A DNA stretch of 63,585 nt, filler included, from Chrysochromulina tobinii (GCA_001275005.1; 6 parts of 6 records of this genome joined end to end with filler, not necessarily neighbours in it), one strand, 5' to 3'. Positions 1 to 11,588 are shown, counted from the first letter of the whole stretch. Translations and numbers: made by a program. The notes: generated from the sequence alone by a model not told the origin.

Positions 1-308
1 GGCCGCGGGGGCGGGGACGGCCTCGGGGGCGGGGATGGCCTCGGGGGCGGGGGCGGAGGCGGCGGAGAGTGGCTGTGAACGAATAGTAGACGCTTTTCGT
101 GATGCTCGTCTGAAGTTGGGGAGCGGGATGGGCTCCTAGGCGAATCACTTGGGACGTGCTTATGAGCAGCCTGCACTTTGGGCGCAGGGGCTGTATCCTG
201 GCTGACGGTTGGTCTGCTCTCCACCGAGGCGACCAACGCGAGGGCGATCGTGGCCAAGCCTCGCCGAGCCGAGAGTCGGCACGACAGAGAGGCGGCACGT
301 GCGCGCAT
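1..308 (-). CDS. 5' part of a putative secreted Pro-rich (SPPP) protein, running off the left edge
   Basis: ATG at 308 gives MRARAASLSCRLSARRGLATIALALVAS (hydrophobic, signal-like). A putative GC-AG intron at 159-73 (AA|GCACGT...TTCACAG) joins it to [23 protein letters not shown]. Confidence 0.4.
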   Translation of the reverse strand, partial: MRARAASLSCRLSARRGLATIALALVASVESRPTVSQDTAPAPKVQAAHKHVPSDSPRSPSRSPTSDEHHEKRLLFVHSHSPPPPPPPPRPSPPPRPSPPPR

Positions 309-784
309 CGAGCGAAAAGCGAGCGATCGTGCTTCGGTGTTTAGCTATCGACTTGCCGAAACAAGTAAAGACGCTCTCACCTTTTGCCGACGGAGATCTA
401 TAGGAGGTGCCGGCCGATGAAACACAAAAACCGACCCACACGCTTCCGACGTGTCTCCTGTAGTCACGCAGCACCCGCCTTTCCATATTCCAATTTCCAT
501 AAAATCTTCAGACCATTTGTCATCATTTCATGTCGCGGTGGTTATGATCCTGGGGCTTACCTGATAAATATAAGTGACAATGTTTACCGCAGGCGAACGG
601 GAGCTTCCGCAAACAGCGACCTCAATTTGAATCTGCGGGGGGCGGGACAGTCACGACGAAATCTGATACATTTTGCCGGGCCGCGCGGTCAGCCCAGCCC
701 CACGCAGTCTCTCGACGCAGACCTGAGGCAGACCTGAGGCAGCCCCGAGCAGAGCCTCACCGAGCGCGGCCTCCGTCGCTCGCG

Positions 785-3014
785 TCACATCTCTTCCGCG
801 TCGTGGAGCTGCTCTGAGCCGCTCGAGTCGGCGCCCGCCTCGCCCCGCGAGCTCATCGGGTCCGGATTCGTTCGCATGTCGAGGCTGTAGAGGCCCTCCA
901 TGGAGCCGCCCGAGGGGCCGAGGGCGAGGGAGCTCGGCAGCGTGCCGACGCAGCTGCCGCGTCCACTGCCGGAGCGGCTGCCATCGAGGAGCGTCTTCCC
1001 CGAGGGCGTCGCGCCCAGCATGGCGCTCGCCGAGGGCGTCGCGCCCAGCATGGCGCCCATCAGGCCAGTCGCGGGCGAGGTGAGGCCATTCGGCAACGCG
1101 CCCCCGAGCACCGTGAGCACCTCCTGGCGAGAGATGATCAGGATGCGCGCGGCGCACTCGACGCGCGCGGTGAAGTCGGGCGTGTAGTTGGGCGCCTCGA
1201 GCGCCGGCAGTGCGATGGTGGTCCACGGCCCAATCTCCGACGCGAACCCCTCGTTGCCCGCACGGATCTGGAGCTGCCCATGCAGCAGCAGGCAGCAGAA
1301 CGAGGCGGGCACGCCACGCACGTACACATAGCGGCCTCGCTCCACGTCCTCATCGGTGATGGTGCTAATGGAACTCCGGTTGAGCAGCCGGCGGAGCATC
1401 GGGATCGACCAGTGCGGCGGGCGGAAGAATGGCACGTTGTTCGACAGGTACGAGGCGAGTGCGCGCACCTCCTGTGGGGTGGGCCGCTCCCCGCCCATAA
1501 AGTTGGGACCCGCGCCCTGCGCGCTCGGGCCGTTGGCGAGCATCTCGTCGCGTCGCTGGATCATCTCGAAGAACTCGAGGCGGCGCTCCGCGTTCTGCTT
1601 GATCTTCCGCCACGAGATTTGCGAGTGCTGATGGGTCCCCCCTCCATCGAGATCCTCGAACAGGTCAGTCTCGTCAATGATCTCGATGCTGATGAGCGTC
1701 TCAATCAGATCCTCCATGGTCACGATCCCAAGCACGCGCTCCACACGCGCAAGCCGCCGGCCCACCTGAGCGCCCGGCGCCTCGGTCACAAAGTAGAGGT
1801 GCGATCTCGATGCCTGCATCTCGGCGAGCAGCTTCTCAAGGCTCGTGCCCTTGGGCGCCGCGTAGAGCGACCGGCTGCAAAACGGGAGGATCGAGGCGAC
1901 CGGGATCTCGTCGCTCGGGTCGACCAAGATGAGATCCTTGGTGAAGACGATGCCCACGATGCAGTCCTTGCGGTTGTGGTACACGGGGATGCGCGTGTAC
2001 CCCGACGTGTAGATGTCCTTGAGCTTGTCGAAGTCGAGGTTGTCGGTCACGCTGATCATGAAGACCTCCTTGAGGGGCGTCATGATCTCCGAGCTCACCT
2101 ACGACGAGAAAGCGGAGGCGCATCAGTGTTCATCAGTGGCCATCAGTGGCCATCAGTGGTCATCAGTGGCCATCAGTGGCCATCCGTGGTCATTAGTGGT
2201 CATAAGTGGCCATCAGCGGTCATAAGTGGTCATCAGGGCTCATCAGGGCTAATCAGGGCTAATCAGGTCTCATCAGTGCTCATCATGATCTCATCATGAT
2301 CTCCGAGCTCACCTTGGACGTGAAGCGGAGAGCCGACGAGAGGAGCATTTGGTCCTCTTGAGTCACGGCACCCTGCTTCACCTCCATGTCCAGGAGCGCA
2401 TGCAGGTGCTGGCGCGAGTACACGGTGCCTATCTCAGCGCCCAGAAAGTAGTCGAGGACGCGCGAGATCGGAAAGGTGATCGGGAAGAACAGGAACATCA
2501 GCGGGCGCACGATGAACACCGTGGACGCGCCGATGCGCAGCCCGTGCCGTGAGCAGATGGCCTGCGGAGAGATCTCGCCAAAGATGACGATGATGATCGT
2601 CGCGACGAGGCCGCCAACGACGCCCGAGGTGATCGACGCCGAGGTGATCGCGATCTGCGCGTTCACCAGCGTGTTGCCGAGCAGCAGCGTGCACAGCAAC
2701 AGGTTGCCGCGCTTGCGCAACGGCAGGATCTTCTGGGCGTATTTTTTCTCCTGCTCTTCCCCCGCGGCGATGATGAGTTCGAGGCCCTCGATGTCGAGCG
2801 AGAGCAGCCCGAGCGTCAGCCCGGAAAACATTGCTGAAAACATCACGAGCACGACCGTGAAGAGTACATCCGGCAGATAGTCGGTCCATTCAAGGGGACC
2901 CTCTGCGCACGCCTCCGTGCACGTCAGGAAGTCGCTGCTTCCGATGAACTGGTCGCAGACCGGGTAGCACACGGTCGCATTCGGGAAGACGTAGGCGGCC
3001 GCGGAGTCGGACAT
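785..3014 (-). CDS. CNNM: CNNM/DUF21-CBS metal (Mg2+) transporter with C-terminal cNMP-binding-like domain
   Basis: DUF21 motifs SAMFSGLTLGLLSLD, LLCTLLLGNTLVN and IFGEISPQAICSRHGL; CBS pair SGYTRIPVY...GIVTMEDLIETLISIEIIDETD. Exons 3014-2313 and 2098-785 with GT-AG intron 2312-2099. A signal-peptide exon starting at 3139 (MLAPQLLLIALSPH) may extend the 5' end. Confidence 0.93.
2099..2312 (-). other. spliceosomal intron made of ~10-bp CTGATG-type repeats, with a duplicated exon start
   Basis: GT at 2312 and AG at 2100-2099; removal restores the frame (FTSK|VSSEIMT). The intron begins with the same 19 nt (GTGAGCTCGGAGATCATGA) as the downstream exon. Confidence 0.88.
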
Positions 3015-3206
3015 GACGGCTAGCTCCTTAAGCGTGTCGGCCTCCTTCGTGTTGCCCACCAAGTCAAGTCAAGACAAGGAAAACATGATGGAGTTACATG
3101 AGGAGAAAGCGCAATCAGCAACAATTGGGGGGCAAGCATTCGACTATGAGTCGCGAATAAAGATCGACAATGTTCGAGGCACAATTCGTGTTTTCGTCGC
3201 GGATCA

Positions 3207-3947
3207 ATGCATGCGCTCTGGGACGCCTGCGACGTCATCTACTGCCTCACGCTGCGCACACGGCCGGAGCGTCGGCGAGCAGCGGCGGCGCAATTCTCGG
3301 CCGCCGGGCTCGCGGACCGCGTCACCTTCCTTTTGCAGGAGCCCGACGTCGCAGACGGTAAGCGCGGCTGCTTCCACGCGCATCAGCAAGCCGCAAGGCT
3401 CGCCCTCGAGGCGAGCGCGCAGCGCGCGCTCATCTTTGAGGATGACGTCGAATTCCTGCCGCACTTCACGCCGCACGCCGCCGCGCGAGCCGCCGCGTTC
3501 ATACGTGGCGACACCGGCGGCAGGCCGCCGTGGAGCATCTTCTTCCTCGGCCACTTTCCGCGGAAGATGGAGCTCACGTCGAGCCCGGACATTGTGCGCG
3601 TGCGCTCGATGGACGGCCACGCCTACGTGCTCTCACCCGCCGGCATGCAAGCGCTGTGCGCGCTCAGCTACGCGGGCGACCAGGTAGACGTCCATTTCCA
3701 CTACCGGAGCGAGACAGCGTACGCCCTGTACCCTATGGTCGCGGTGCAGACGCCCGGGCCGTCGGACACGGAGGGGCTCGAACGCGCCGAGGATTGGAAC
3801 GACGCGAAGCTCAAGCGCGAGCGCGACCTTTACGACGGGGCGGTGCGCCGCAAGGCGCTCGCGGCAGCGCTGGCACTCAATGCGGCCGTGCTGCCGGCGG
3901 CGCTCGGCGGCCTGCTGCCAGGGGTTTTCGCGCGCGAAGAAGCATGA
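3207..3947 (+). CDS. glycosyltransferase family 25-like protein
   Basis: IYCLTLRTRPERR, GCFHAH, ALIFEDDV and HAYVLS motifs typical of GT25; single 246-aa ORF. Confidence 0.8.
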   Translation: MHALWDACDVIYCLTLRTRPERRRAAAAQFSAAGLADRVTFLLQEPDVADGKRGCFHAHQQAARLALEASAQRALIFEDDVEFLPHFTPHAAARAAAFIRGDTGGRPPWSIFFLGHFPRKMELTSSPDIVRVRSMDGHAYVLSPAGMQALCALSYAGDQVDVHFHYRSETAYALYPMVAVQTPGPSDTEGLERAEDWNDAKLKRERDLYDGAVRRKALAAALALNAAVLPAALGGLLPGVFAREEA

Positions 3948-4300
3948 TTTCGCGATACTCAGTCGTTTCATGTCCCGGCTCTCTGTGTGATGAGCCAAAT
4001 CCTAACCGAAGCAAGCAATCATGCTTGCTTGCTTGCTTGTTGCTAACCGAATCCGCCACCACAGGTCCACAGCCGTCGCCATTTTCTCTCTTGAATTTGC
4101 AGACCTATTTTCCAGAGGAAGCCCAGCGAGACTCTGAAAGACTCTGCGAGTGTCTGAAAGTCTCTGCGAGACGCTGCGAAGGTCGCATGAGGTCGATTCG
4201 GCGACCCGTCGAAATCAAATTCACGAGCTATTTCGCCCATCCGAACTGCGACCCAACGAGCCTCGTCCCTCCGCTTGCGTTCCACTTTTTCCTTGACGTC

Positions 4301-4879
4301 ATGGCGTCCGCTGATGGCAAGGCCGCTCCGACCTCGAGCTCGGACTCGTCGGCACCCGCGCCGTGCGCCGCCGGCTGCGGCTTCTTCGGCAGCGCCCACA
4401 CTGGCGGCATGTGCTCCAAGTGCTACAAGGAGACGATCACCAAGAACGGACTTGCTGCCCCTGCTGCGAGGCCCAAGCCTGTCGAGGCCCCGGCGACTGC
4501 CACGCCCACGCCGCCCCCGCCCCCGCCCGCGCTCGTGGTGACTACCCCCGCGCCGGTGGAGCCGTCGGCGCCCCCCGCTGCTGCCAAGGAGGCCTCGCCG
4601 GTGTCGGCGGTGGCTGAGCCTGCCAAGGTGCGCCCGCCGTCGGACGAGGGGACCGAGGACGAGCCGCCGAAGAAGGTTCAGGTGAACACGAGCCGCTGCT
4701 GGACGTGCAACCGGAAGATCGGCCTCACCGGCTTCCAGTGCAAGTGCGAGTTCTTCTTCTGCGCTGAGCACCGCTACTCAGACCGCCACGAGTGCGTCTT
4801 TGACTTCAAGGCCGTGGGCAAGCAGCAGCTCACCAAGGCCAATCCGATGATCGCGCCCTCGAAGCTCGATACCATTTGA
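4301..4879 (+). CDS. A20/AN1 zinc-finger stress-associated protein (SAP/ZFAND5-like)
   Basis: A20 finger CAAGCGFFGSAHTGGMCSKC; AN1 finger CWTCNRKIGLTGFQCKCEFFFCAEHRYSDRHECVFDFK...ANP; ATG at 4301. Confidence 0.95.
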   Translation: MASADGKAAPTSSSDSSAPAPCAAGCGFFGSAHTGGMCSKCYKETITKNGLAAPAARPKPVEAPATATPTPPPPPPALVVTTPAPVEPSAPPAAAKEASPVSAVAEPAKVRPPSDEGTEDEPPKKVQVNTSRCWTCNRKIGLTGFQCKCEFFFCAEHRYSDRHECVFDFKAVGKQQLTKANPMIAPSKLDTI

Positions 4880-5460
4880 ACCGATCGCGGAGCCCAAGCG
4901 CGCCTGGTGGGCTTCGCGCCATCTTCCTCGCCGGCGCGACGGCGCCTCCCCCCCACCTCCGCTAGGGGCAGCGGCGACGCGGAGAGGAGGCATGGCCGCG
5001 TGGGCTGTCGGCCGTCGAGCTCCTCTCCTGCCCATCTTCTTGTCCCCCTCTCGCCGCAGATGTCGGCAGCGGGAAAGAGGGATAAGTGTAGAATCTTGTT
5101 TCTTCTCCCCTTTGGGATCTGGGGGAGCATTCTTGTCCGCAGGGCTGCAGCGTGCGACAGGCACAGCTCTGCTCTCAGTGGATGAGATGTGTGACTGGGC
5201 GGTGCGGTTTCAACCATAGCGTCGGCGTGAGATGTACGCGGCGCGCGCCTATATTGGATTTACATGGCGCATTAAGATCATTTGTAATTTATGTTGGCGC
5301 CGTCGCGTTATAGTTCACCGGGCGCGCGTGGTGGCGTTCCGATGCGGCACCGGCTGTAACGTCGAGACCGGCCTTTAAGACAGGCGCGGCGCCGCGGCCG
5401 CCCACCGCGCGGTACGCATGCGGCTCATCGGAGTACGGAGAGTCTCGAGAGACACCGCCT

Positions 5461-5570
5461 CACATAGCGATAAGCCCTCACACGTAAGCGATAAGCCCTG
5501 TGACACTAAGCGATAAGCGGCCTCACTTAGCGATAAGCCCTCACATAGTGCACATAGCGATAAGCCTCAC
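5461..5570. repeat. five irregularly spaced copies of (T/A)AGCGATAAGC
   Basis: The AGCGATAAGC core, mostly followed by CCTCAC, occurs five times about 20-27 bp apart in intergenic DNA. Confidence 0.8.
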
Positions 5571-5841
5571 ACCCGGAACGGCCGCGCAGCGGGAGCGCGG
5601 CCAGCGGCACGGTGCACCGCCGCGCGCGGACCGCGCACCGCGCGCGCCAGAGACCGAAAAGGAAAACCGATAACGGCGCTCACGGCTCCGACCTCAGTCC
5701 TCAGACGTCATAAGTCCCAGCTCCCACGCACACACGGCCCAGGGTCCTCCGCGGGCAGGGGCGCGGGGCGTACGCATGGGCGTAGTCCGCATCCCCCCCG
5801 GCGGCCAACCCCAGCGCTCCGAACTCATTGGGCCGCCGCGC

Positions 5842-7572
5842 CTACCGGCGGCGGGGGCACTTCCGGCCGCATTGCGGCTGTTTCCCGCACACGATGCAGA
5901 ATTCGGTGCGGCACCACTGGCAGGTCACTGTTCGCTCAGCGAGATTCGATCCGCCGCAGGGTGAGTGGAAGCGAAGGTGGTGTGAAGGTGAGTGGAAGCG
6001 AAGGTGGTGTGACGAGGGCGGTTTGAAGGTGAGTGGAAGCGAAGGTGGTCGGTGCACAGGATCTCAGGAGGTGCGGCAGCAGCTGCCATCGCCCAAGTCG
6101 CCGCGAAGGGGGTGGTGGGAAGGGATGGTGTGAAGGGGGGTTCGAAGCGCCGCGGCACACTGTGATGTGAAGGGGGTGTGTGAAGGGGGTGGTGTGAAAT
6201 GGGGTTCGAGGCGCCGCGGCACACTGTGGTCGCATGCCTCCTTACGATTGATCACGCGCTGGCAGCCGGGGCACGCACGTGTGTCCTGATCGTTGGCCAC
6301 ATACTCGGCGAAGAGCTCATCCGCCCGGCTGTTGTTCTGCTGCCACTCGTCGAAGCGGCGCCGTTCATCGGCGTCGCGCCGCAGCTCATCGGCGCGCTGC
6401 GCACACGTGCGACCGGGGTGTGCGGGGCTCACGCGCACCCCCTCGCCGCCGCTGCCGCCTCCCTCGGCAGCGGTACATGCGAGGCAAAAGGCGTGCTCGC
6501 ATTTCGGGCAGTCAAAGTGCTTTCGATCGCCCTCGCGCCATGCGAAGAGATAGTTGCAGCCCGGATGCGGGCAGCGCCGGAAGTTGGAGCGATCGGCCAT
6601 CAGCGCCTCCTCCGTCCGCGCGTCCGCGAATCTCGCCGCCAGATCGCGCTGACCATAGCGCACCAGCGCGTCGAAGATGGCGGCTGCCTCAAAAGGCTGG
6701 CCGCAACCCTCATGTGGGCACCGCACGTGCTCCTGGCTCAGGTCCGCGTTGACGAACCCGACGAAGCACTCTGAACAGATGCGGTGGTCACACGACTGCG
6801 CTGTGAACGAGCCTTCCACAGGGCAACGCTCCTGGCAGATGCAGCACTTGAACGTATACATCGACTCTCGGCGGCGCCGCTCGGTGCGCTCGTCCTCCTC
6901 GAGCTTGCGTGCGTAGAGCGCATCAGCTTCGGAGATGCGTGCTTCCTCTGAGCGAGAGCGGCCGGGCAGATACGGGTCCGCAAGAGACAGGGCGAGCCGA
7001 TGCTGCTCGACCTGCTTCTCGACGCCTTCGCACCGAATCGTGTAGTACGGGGGCATGTCGTCGTTGTGAACCACCAAGACCTCAGCGGGGATCGGCGCAC
7101 CCTGGGCTGAATGGTAGAGGACCACGTCGCCCTTGGCGAACAGCACGGCGATTGCGGCCGGTGGCCGCGGCGGCGGCGGCAGGTTTCTCGGGTGCCATTC
7201 GCCGTCCAACTCGTAGCCGGAGGGATGTGATGGCCCCGCGTGCGCCGCCTCTGGTATCACTGGCAGGCCCATTGGGACAGGAGGCGGCGTGGTGCTACGT
7301 ATTATTGAGGCGGCACGGGCATCAAAGGGTGGCGGTGGATCATCCTCGGGCAGCATAATTCCCAGCCGAGCGAGGATACGGCGTGCCTCGTCCACATCAG
7401 CCCTGGCGATGGCGGAACGCAGGTGGTGCAGCACGTCCTGTTGAGGCGGCGGCGGCGGCGGCAGCGTGACAGCAGGTTGCTCAACCACGCTGGGCCGCGT
7501 TTTGCCGCACACGTCGCACACGCGCGCGCCGTCGCTGTTCTCGTACGTACAGGCGGGGCACGTCCAAACCAT
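5842..7572 (-). CDS. RBR-type (RING1-IBR-RING2) E3 ubiquitin ligase with N-terminal RanBP2/NZF zinc finger
   Basis: WTCPACTYENSDGARVCDVC; RING1 CCICQE...CDHRICSEC...CPHEGC; IBR CPHPGC...CPKCEHAFCLAC...H...C. RING2 CPGC...EACDHMTCQWCRTEFCIVC is completed by removing GT-AG intron 6224-5928. Confidence 0.92.
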
Positions 7573-7930
7573 TCGAATGGCGCTCCTTCCTTCGTCCCTC
7601 TCTCTCTCCGCGACCCTGTCAAGGAGCTTCTGCCTCGCTCGGTTTTCGGCGTGCTACAATAGTATCGTGCCTGCTTCCTTTTAGTACCTTCACAGTACTC
7701 GGGTGTGAAACTGGTCCCAACCCCTCCCACTGTCGATACCCGGCGGGTCCGGCAGTCCGCCCGTAGTCCGCCCCGGGTGCCCCGACATGCAGGAGCGCGT
7801 CAGTCAGATCAAGACGCATCAATAACTTGATCAATCACAATGTGTTCCCGTGTCATTCATTCTTTCCAATAATGGTCTCTCGACTCTCGAGGTCGACTCG
7901 AGCGCATCAGAGTGAGGTACGCCGTACGCA

Positions 7931-8294
7931 GCGTATTGAGCAACTGTTGCGTATTGCGTATTGCGATTGCGTATTGCGACAGGTGCGATCTTGTCAATGG
8001 ATCTTGTGATTATTGACCAGCCCACTTTGACCCGTATTGCGTAATGCGGTATTGCGTATTCGGCGTATTGCGTTAGGGTGAGGTTAGGGGTTAGGGGTTC
8101 GGGGTTCGGGGTTAGGGTGTGGCTAGGGGTTGGGGGGGAATGGTTAGCAATGATGGTTCGGTTAGGTCGATGAACAACTAAATCCCGACCCCTAACACGA
8201 ACCCTAACCCAAAACCGACAGACATACGCAATACGCGTCCAAGCGCCAATACGCAAAACGCACACGCACACGCAATTCGCAATTCGCAATGCAC
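7931..8294. repeat. imperfect fold-back repeat with inward-facing degenerate telomeric repeats
   Basis: The left arm is (GTATTGC)n followed by TTAGGG/TTAGGGG/TTCGGGG (8072-8130). The right arm is CCCTAA copies (~8189-8210) followed by (GCAATAC/GCAATTC)n. Confidence 0.7.
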
Positions 8295-9346
8295 TTTCAC
8301 CTCGACTATACGATACTATCAGCATTAAATTGGCTATTTGGCTTGCCACACGGACCTGGCCATTGATTGACGAGTTCAACAAGTCCAATTCGCGCAACAC
8401 CTCAAAGTGCGGAATGGGCGCTGTGTATTTGTCGAACGCCTCACCATCTGCTACTTATGATTGGGGCGGCACGCAATAATGCCCGAGGATGACCCACCGG
8501 CACGCTAGCATCAAAGGGTGGCGGTGGATCATCCTCGGGCAGCACAGTTCCCAGCCGAGCGAGGATACGGCGTGCCTCGTTCATATCAGCCCTGGCGATG
8601 GCTGAAACCAGTATGTGCAGCACGTCCTGTTGTGGCGGCCGCGGCGGCGGCAGCGTGCGAACGCCTCCCCATCTGCTACGCATGATAGGGGCGGCACGCA
8701 ATAATGCCCGAGGATGGCCCACCGGCACGCTGGCATCAAAGGTTGGCGGTAGATCATCCTTGGACAGCACAATTCCCAGCCGAGCGAGGATACGGCGTGC
8801 CTCGTCCACATCAGCCCTGGCGATGGCGGAATGCAGTATGTGCAGCACGTCCTGTTGCGGCGGCCGCGGCGGCGGCAGCGTGACAGCAGGTTGCTCAACC
8901 ACGCTGGGCCGCGTTGGCGACCCGGCAGGTGCCCGTGATTTGCCGCACATGTCGCACACGAGCGCCGCGCCGTCGCTGTTCTCGTACGTGCAGGCGGGGC
9001 ACTTCCAAACCATGATGCGCTTCGATCACTTCCGTGCAGTACCTTCGCTCGGAAAGTTGCGGCCGGCGAAGGCGTGTGAAAAAACTAAAATTTGGCTGTG
9101 AAAACTGGTCCGTTTCCCCTCGCCGCTTGCCTCGTCGCTACTCTCCAGACTCCACACTGTACCAACCGGATTCACCCACGCCACCCACGAGGTGACGTTT
9201 CACCTCGACTAATCGGTAAATCAGCATTAAATTGGCTGGCCACACGGACCTGGCCATTGATTGACGATTTCAGCAAGTCCAATTCGCGCAACACCTCAAA
9301 GTGCGGAATGCGCGCCGTGTATTTGGCGAACGCCTCCCCATCTGCA
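8295..9346. repeat. ~150-bp direct repeat pair (8295-8450 and 9198-9346) flanking the truncated RBR copy
   Basis: Both copies read TTTCACCTCGACTA...TCAGCATTAAATTGGCT...GCCACACGGACCTGGCCATTGATTGACGA...CAAGTCCAATTCGCGCAACACCTCAAAGTGCGGAATG...GAACGCCTC.CCATCTGC. Confidence 0.85.
8441..9013 (-). pseudogene. truncated, internally duplicated paralog of the RBR ligase N-terminus
   Basis: Near-identical to 7572-7320 (MVWKCPACTYENSDG...QQDVLH.L.SAIARADVDEARRILARLG). The helical segment is present twice and there are no RING domains. Confidence 0.75.
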
Positions 9347-11409
9347 CACCCACAGAAAGGAAGGGAAGAGGGAAGTAAGTAAGCTGCCAGCGCATGAGGG
9401 GCGGGTTCGTCATGATTACGTCATGATACGCACAGAAGCGATTGGAGCATCGATTGAATGGCTCGATTTCGCTCTCTATGTACGGAACATGGGTCAAGGC
9501 GACGTTGGTCCGCGAACGCTCGCTTGACAGTCCGCCTTCGCTTGCTTGACGGTCCGCCATCGCCTTCGCTTCCTGTGTCGTCTCGGCATCTCTCTGGTTA
9601 GCTTTAAGGTCAGCTCCGCGTGATGCCATTTCAAATACATGCTCCAACGCAAAGTTGGCCGTGTCCATAAACAGCACATGGCTGAGCTGATCGAGGCGAT
9701 CAAACGCCTGCCGAATGACTCCATCGCAGCCCACCTCGAGCATCGTCTTCTCCACACGCCTCGCACGATCGACTAAGCATCCAGTGATCTGCAACACCCT
9801 GAGCCGCTGCGCAGGGCACATGCCGGCCAGGGCGGCTTCAAGCTCAGCGTATGGGGCGTCCGGAGCCACTGCAGCCACAGAGTGTGCCGTCCTCTCAAGG
9901 TCGGCAGCCCATGATTGGTTGGAACACGCGCTCACATCATGTGCCGCGAGCAGGTGGGCGTTCTTGGCCTTTTTCTTGGCCTGTTTCGAGAGCAAATCTC
10001 TATCCAATCGTACTGTCACGACGTGTTCGAACAGTCGATTCATTCGAAACCATCCTTGCTGTTGACGCATGTCCTCGGATGTCACCAGGGCCAGCATCAA
10101 CTGTTGACAGAGCAGTTGCCACGGCCCTGCGGAGCATACGCGGTTGTTCCCTCTCTTCAGCGGTAACCCGAGGAACACGCCACCAGCCATCGCCCCATCC
10201 TCCTCGACGACGCACACCTTCGACGATCCCCAACCGTCGATCAACTTCAGGGTGTCTTGGAACAAGAGCATCTCGGACGAGAGCCGATAGAAGAGCTGGC
10301 GAGGCACCGCGGAGGCTTGGTGCCAATAGTTGAATTGAGAATGCGCGAGAACGAGCGGTGACCGAAGGATTGTGAAGGATCGGAAGCGCACGCGGTGCCC
10401 TGAGGCAGCTTCGTACTCTCTGATGCGATTCTGCACTTCTCGGGGCGCGTCCCTGAGATCCGAGCAGAGACGGAGGCGAAAGGCAATCGTCAACACAGTG
10501 TTGTGAACGGTTGCAGTCCTACGCGAGCGGCGGGCGCGAGTGAGCTTACCAGTCGAGGCCGCAGTGATGTTCCACAAAGATGCGTTTGTAGTGAGCTCGG
10601 AGCAACTCGACCAGTTGGCCTTGCACTTCTGAGAATCTCGAACAGTAGTTTGTCTGTTGCCATCCGTGCTGCGCAAACCACAATCGCACGGTGGTGCCCG
10701 CCGTCTTCTCCATATGCATGCAAAGGATCACTTCCTGGGGCTCGGGGACGACGGCGGGGGATGCGGCAAGGGATGCGGGCCCGCGCGCTGTAACCACTGG
10801 GCCGGACAGGAACCCATGATACTCGGTCAGAAGATGGTCCATGTCACATGTGGCATACCAAGAGCAGTCACGTACTTCGGGATTGACGGTGATGTAGTTG
10901 CAGCGTTCACACTTGGCGCATGCATTCAGACACACGCGCACGGCGCTCCGGAGAGAGCGCGCGGCTTGCATGGAGAGGCCAATCGACCCACGGTCAGAGG
11001 TTCGACACTCATGAAGCGATCCAACCTTCGTGTGCCCACAGAAGCCCTTTTTGGCGCTTTTGAGCCATGAATCGATGACACTCGTCGTCCCCGGCGGCTC
11101 TACTTGCGAGGAAAGTGCCTGCAGTGCGTCGGCGGTAGTTGTTCCATCTTTCTGCTCTTTCAGCTGCTCGCGCAGTGACATATTATACTTATTTGCGCCA
11201 GTGGTTTCCTTCAGTTGCTCTTCCAAGCTAGTCAGTTGCTTCGTAGCCTTCAGTTGCTTTTCCACGCGTGCAGCATCGGCGGTGGTGACCTTATCGACCG
11301 GTAAGCTGGCTGACCTGATCGAGCTGGCTGTCACGGCCATGCAAGTTAGCAACACGAACGACCAGTGCGCCCGATCGACGCTCGATATGCAAGCACGCAT
11401 CACCGCCAT
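9270..11409 (-). CDS. secreted or Golgi sulfotransferase-like protein with PAN/apple-like Cys domain
   Basis: Hydrophobic N-terminus; CLNACAKCERCNYITV...DCSWYATC; 5'-PSB-like HMEKTAGTTV and 3'-PB-like ILRSPLVLAHSQFNYW. The two ORFs are joined by GT-AG intron 10549-10453. Confidence 0.65.
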
Positions 11410-11588
11410 TTCACGACGAGGTCCTGTCTGCGCGGCGAGGACAGTTATCTATAAACCGTTCAATCGAGTTTGTGCATGCATTTCAGTGCATGTACAATGT
11501 GAGGGGAGACAGTACTGTGGGTTAGAAATAGACATTCACACTCATCAAATTCACACCTCGAGGGCAGTGCGAGCGGAGACCAAACAAG

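Noticed and set aside
3530..4300. N-terminal extension of the 449-aa ORF upstream of the A20/AN1 gene
   Set aside because: It overlaps the GT25 gene in another frame and intergenic DNA. The credible start is ATG 4301.
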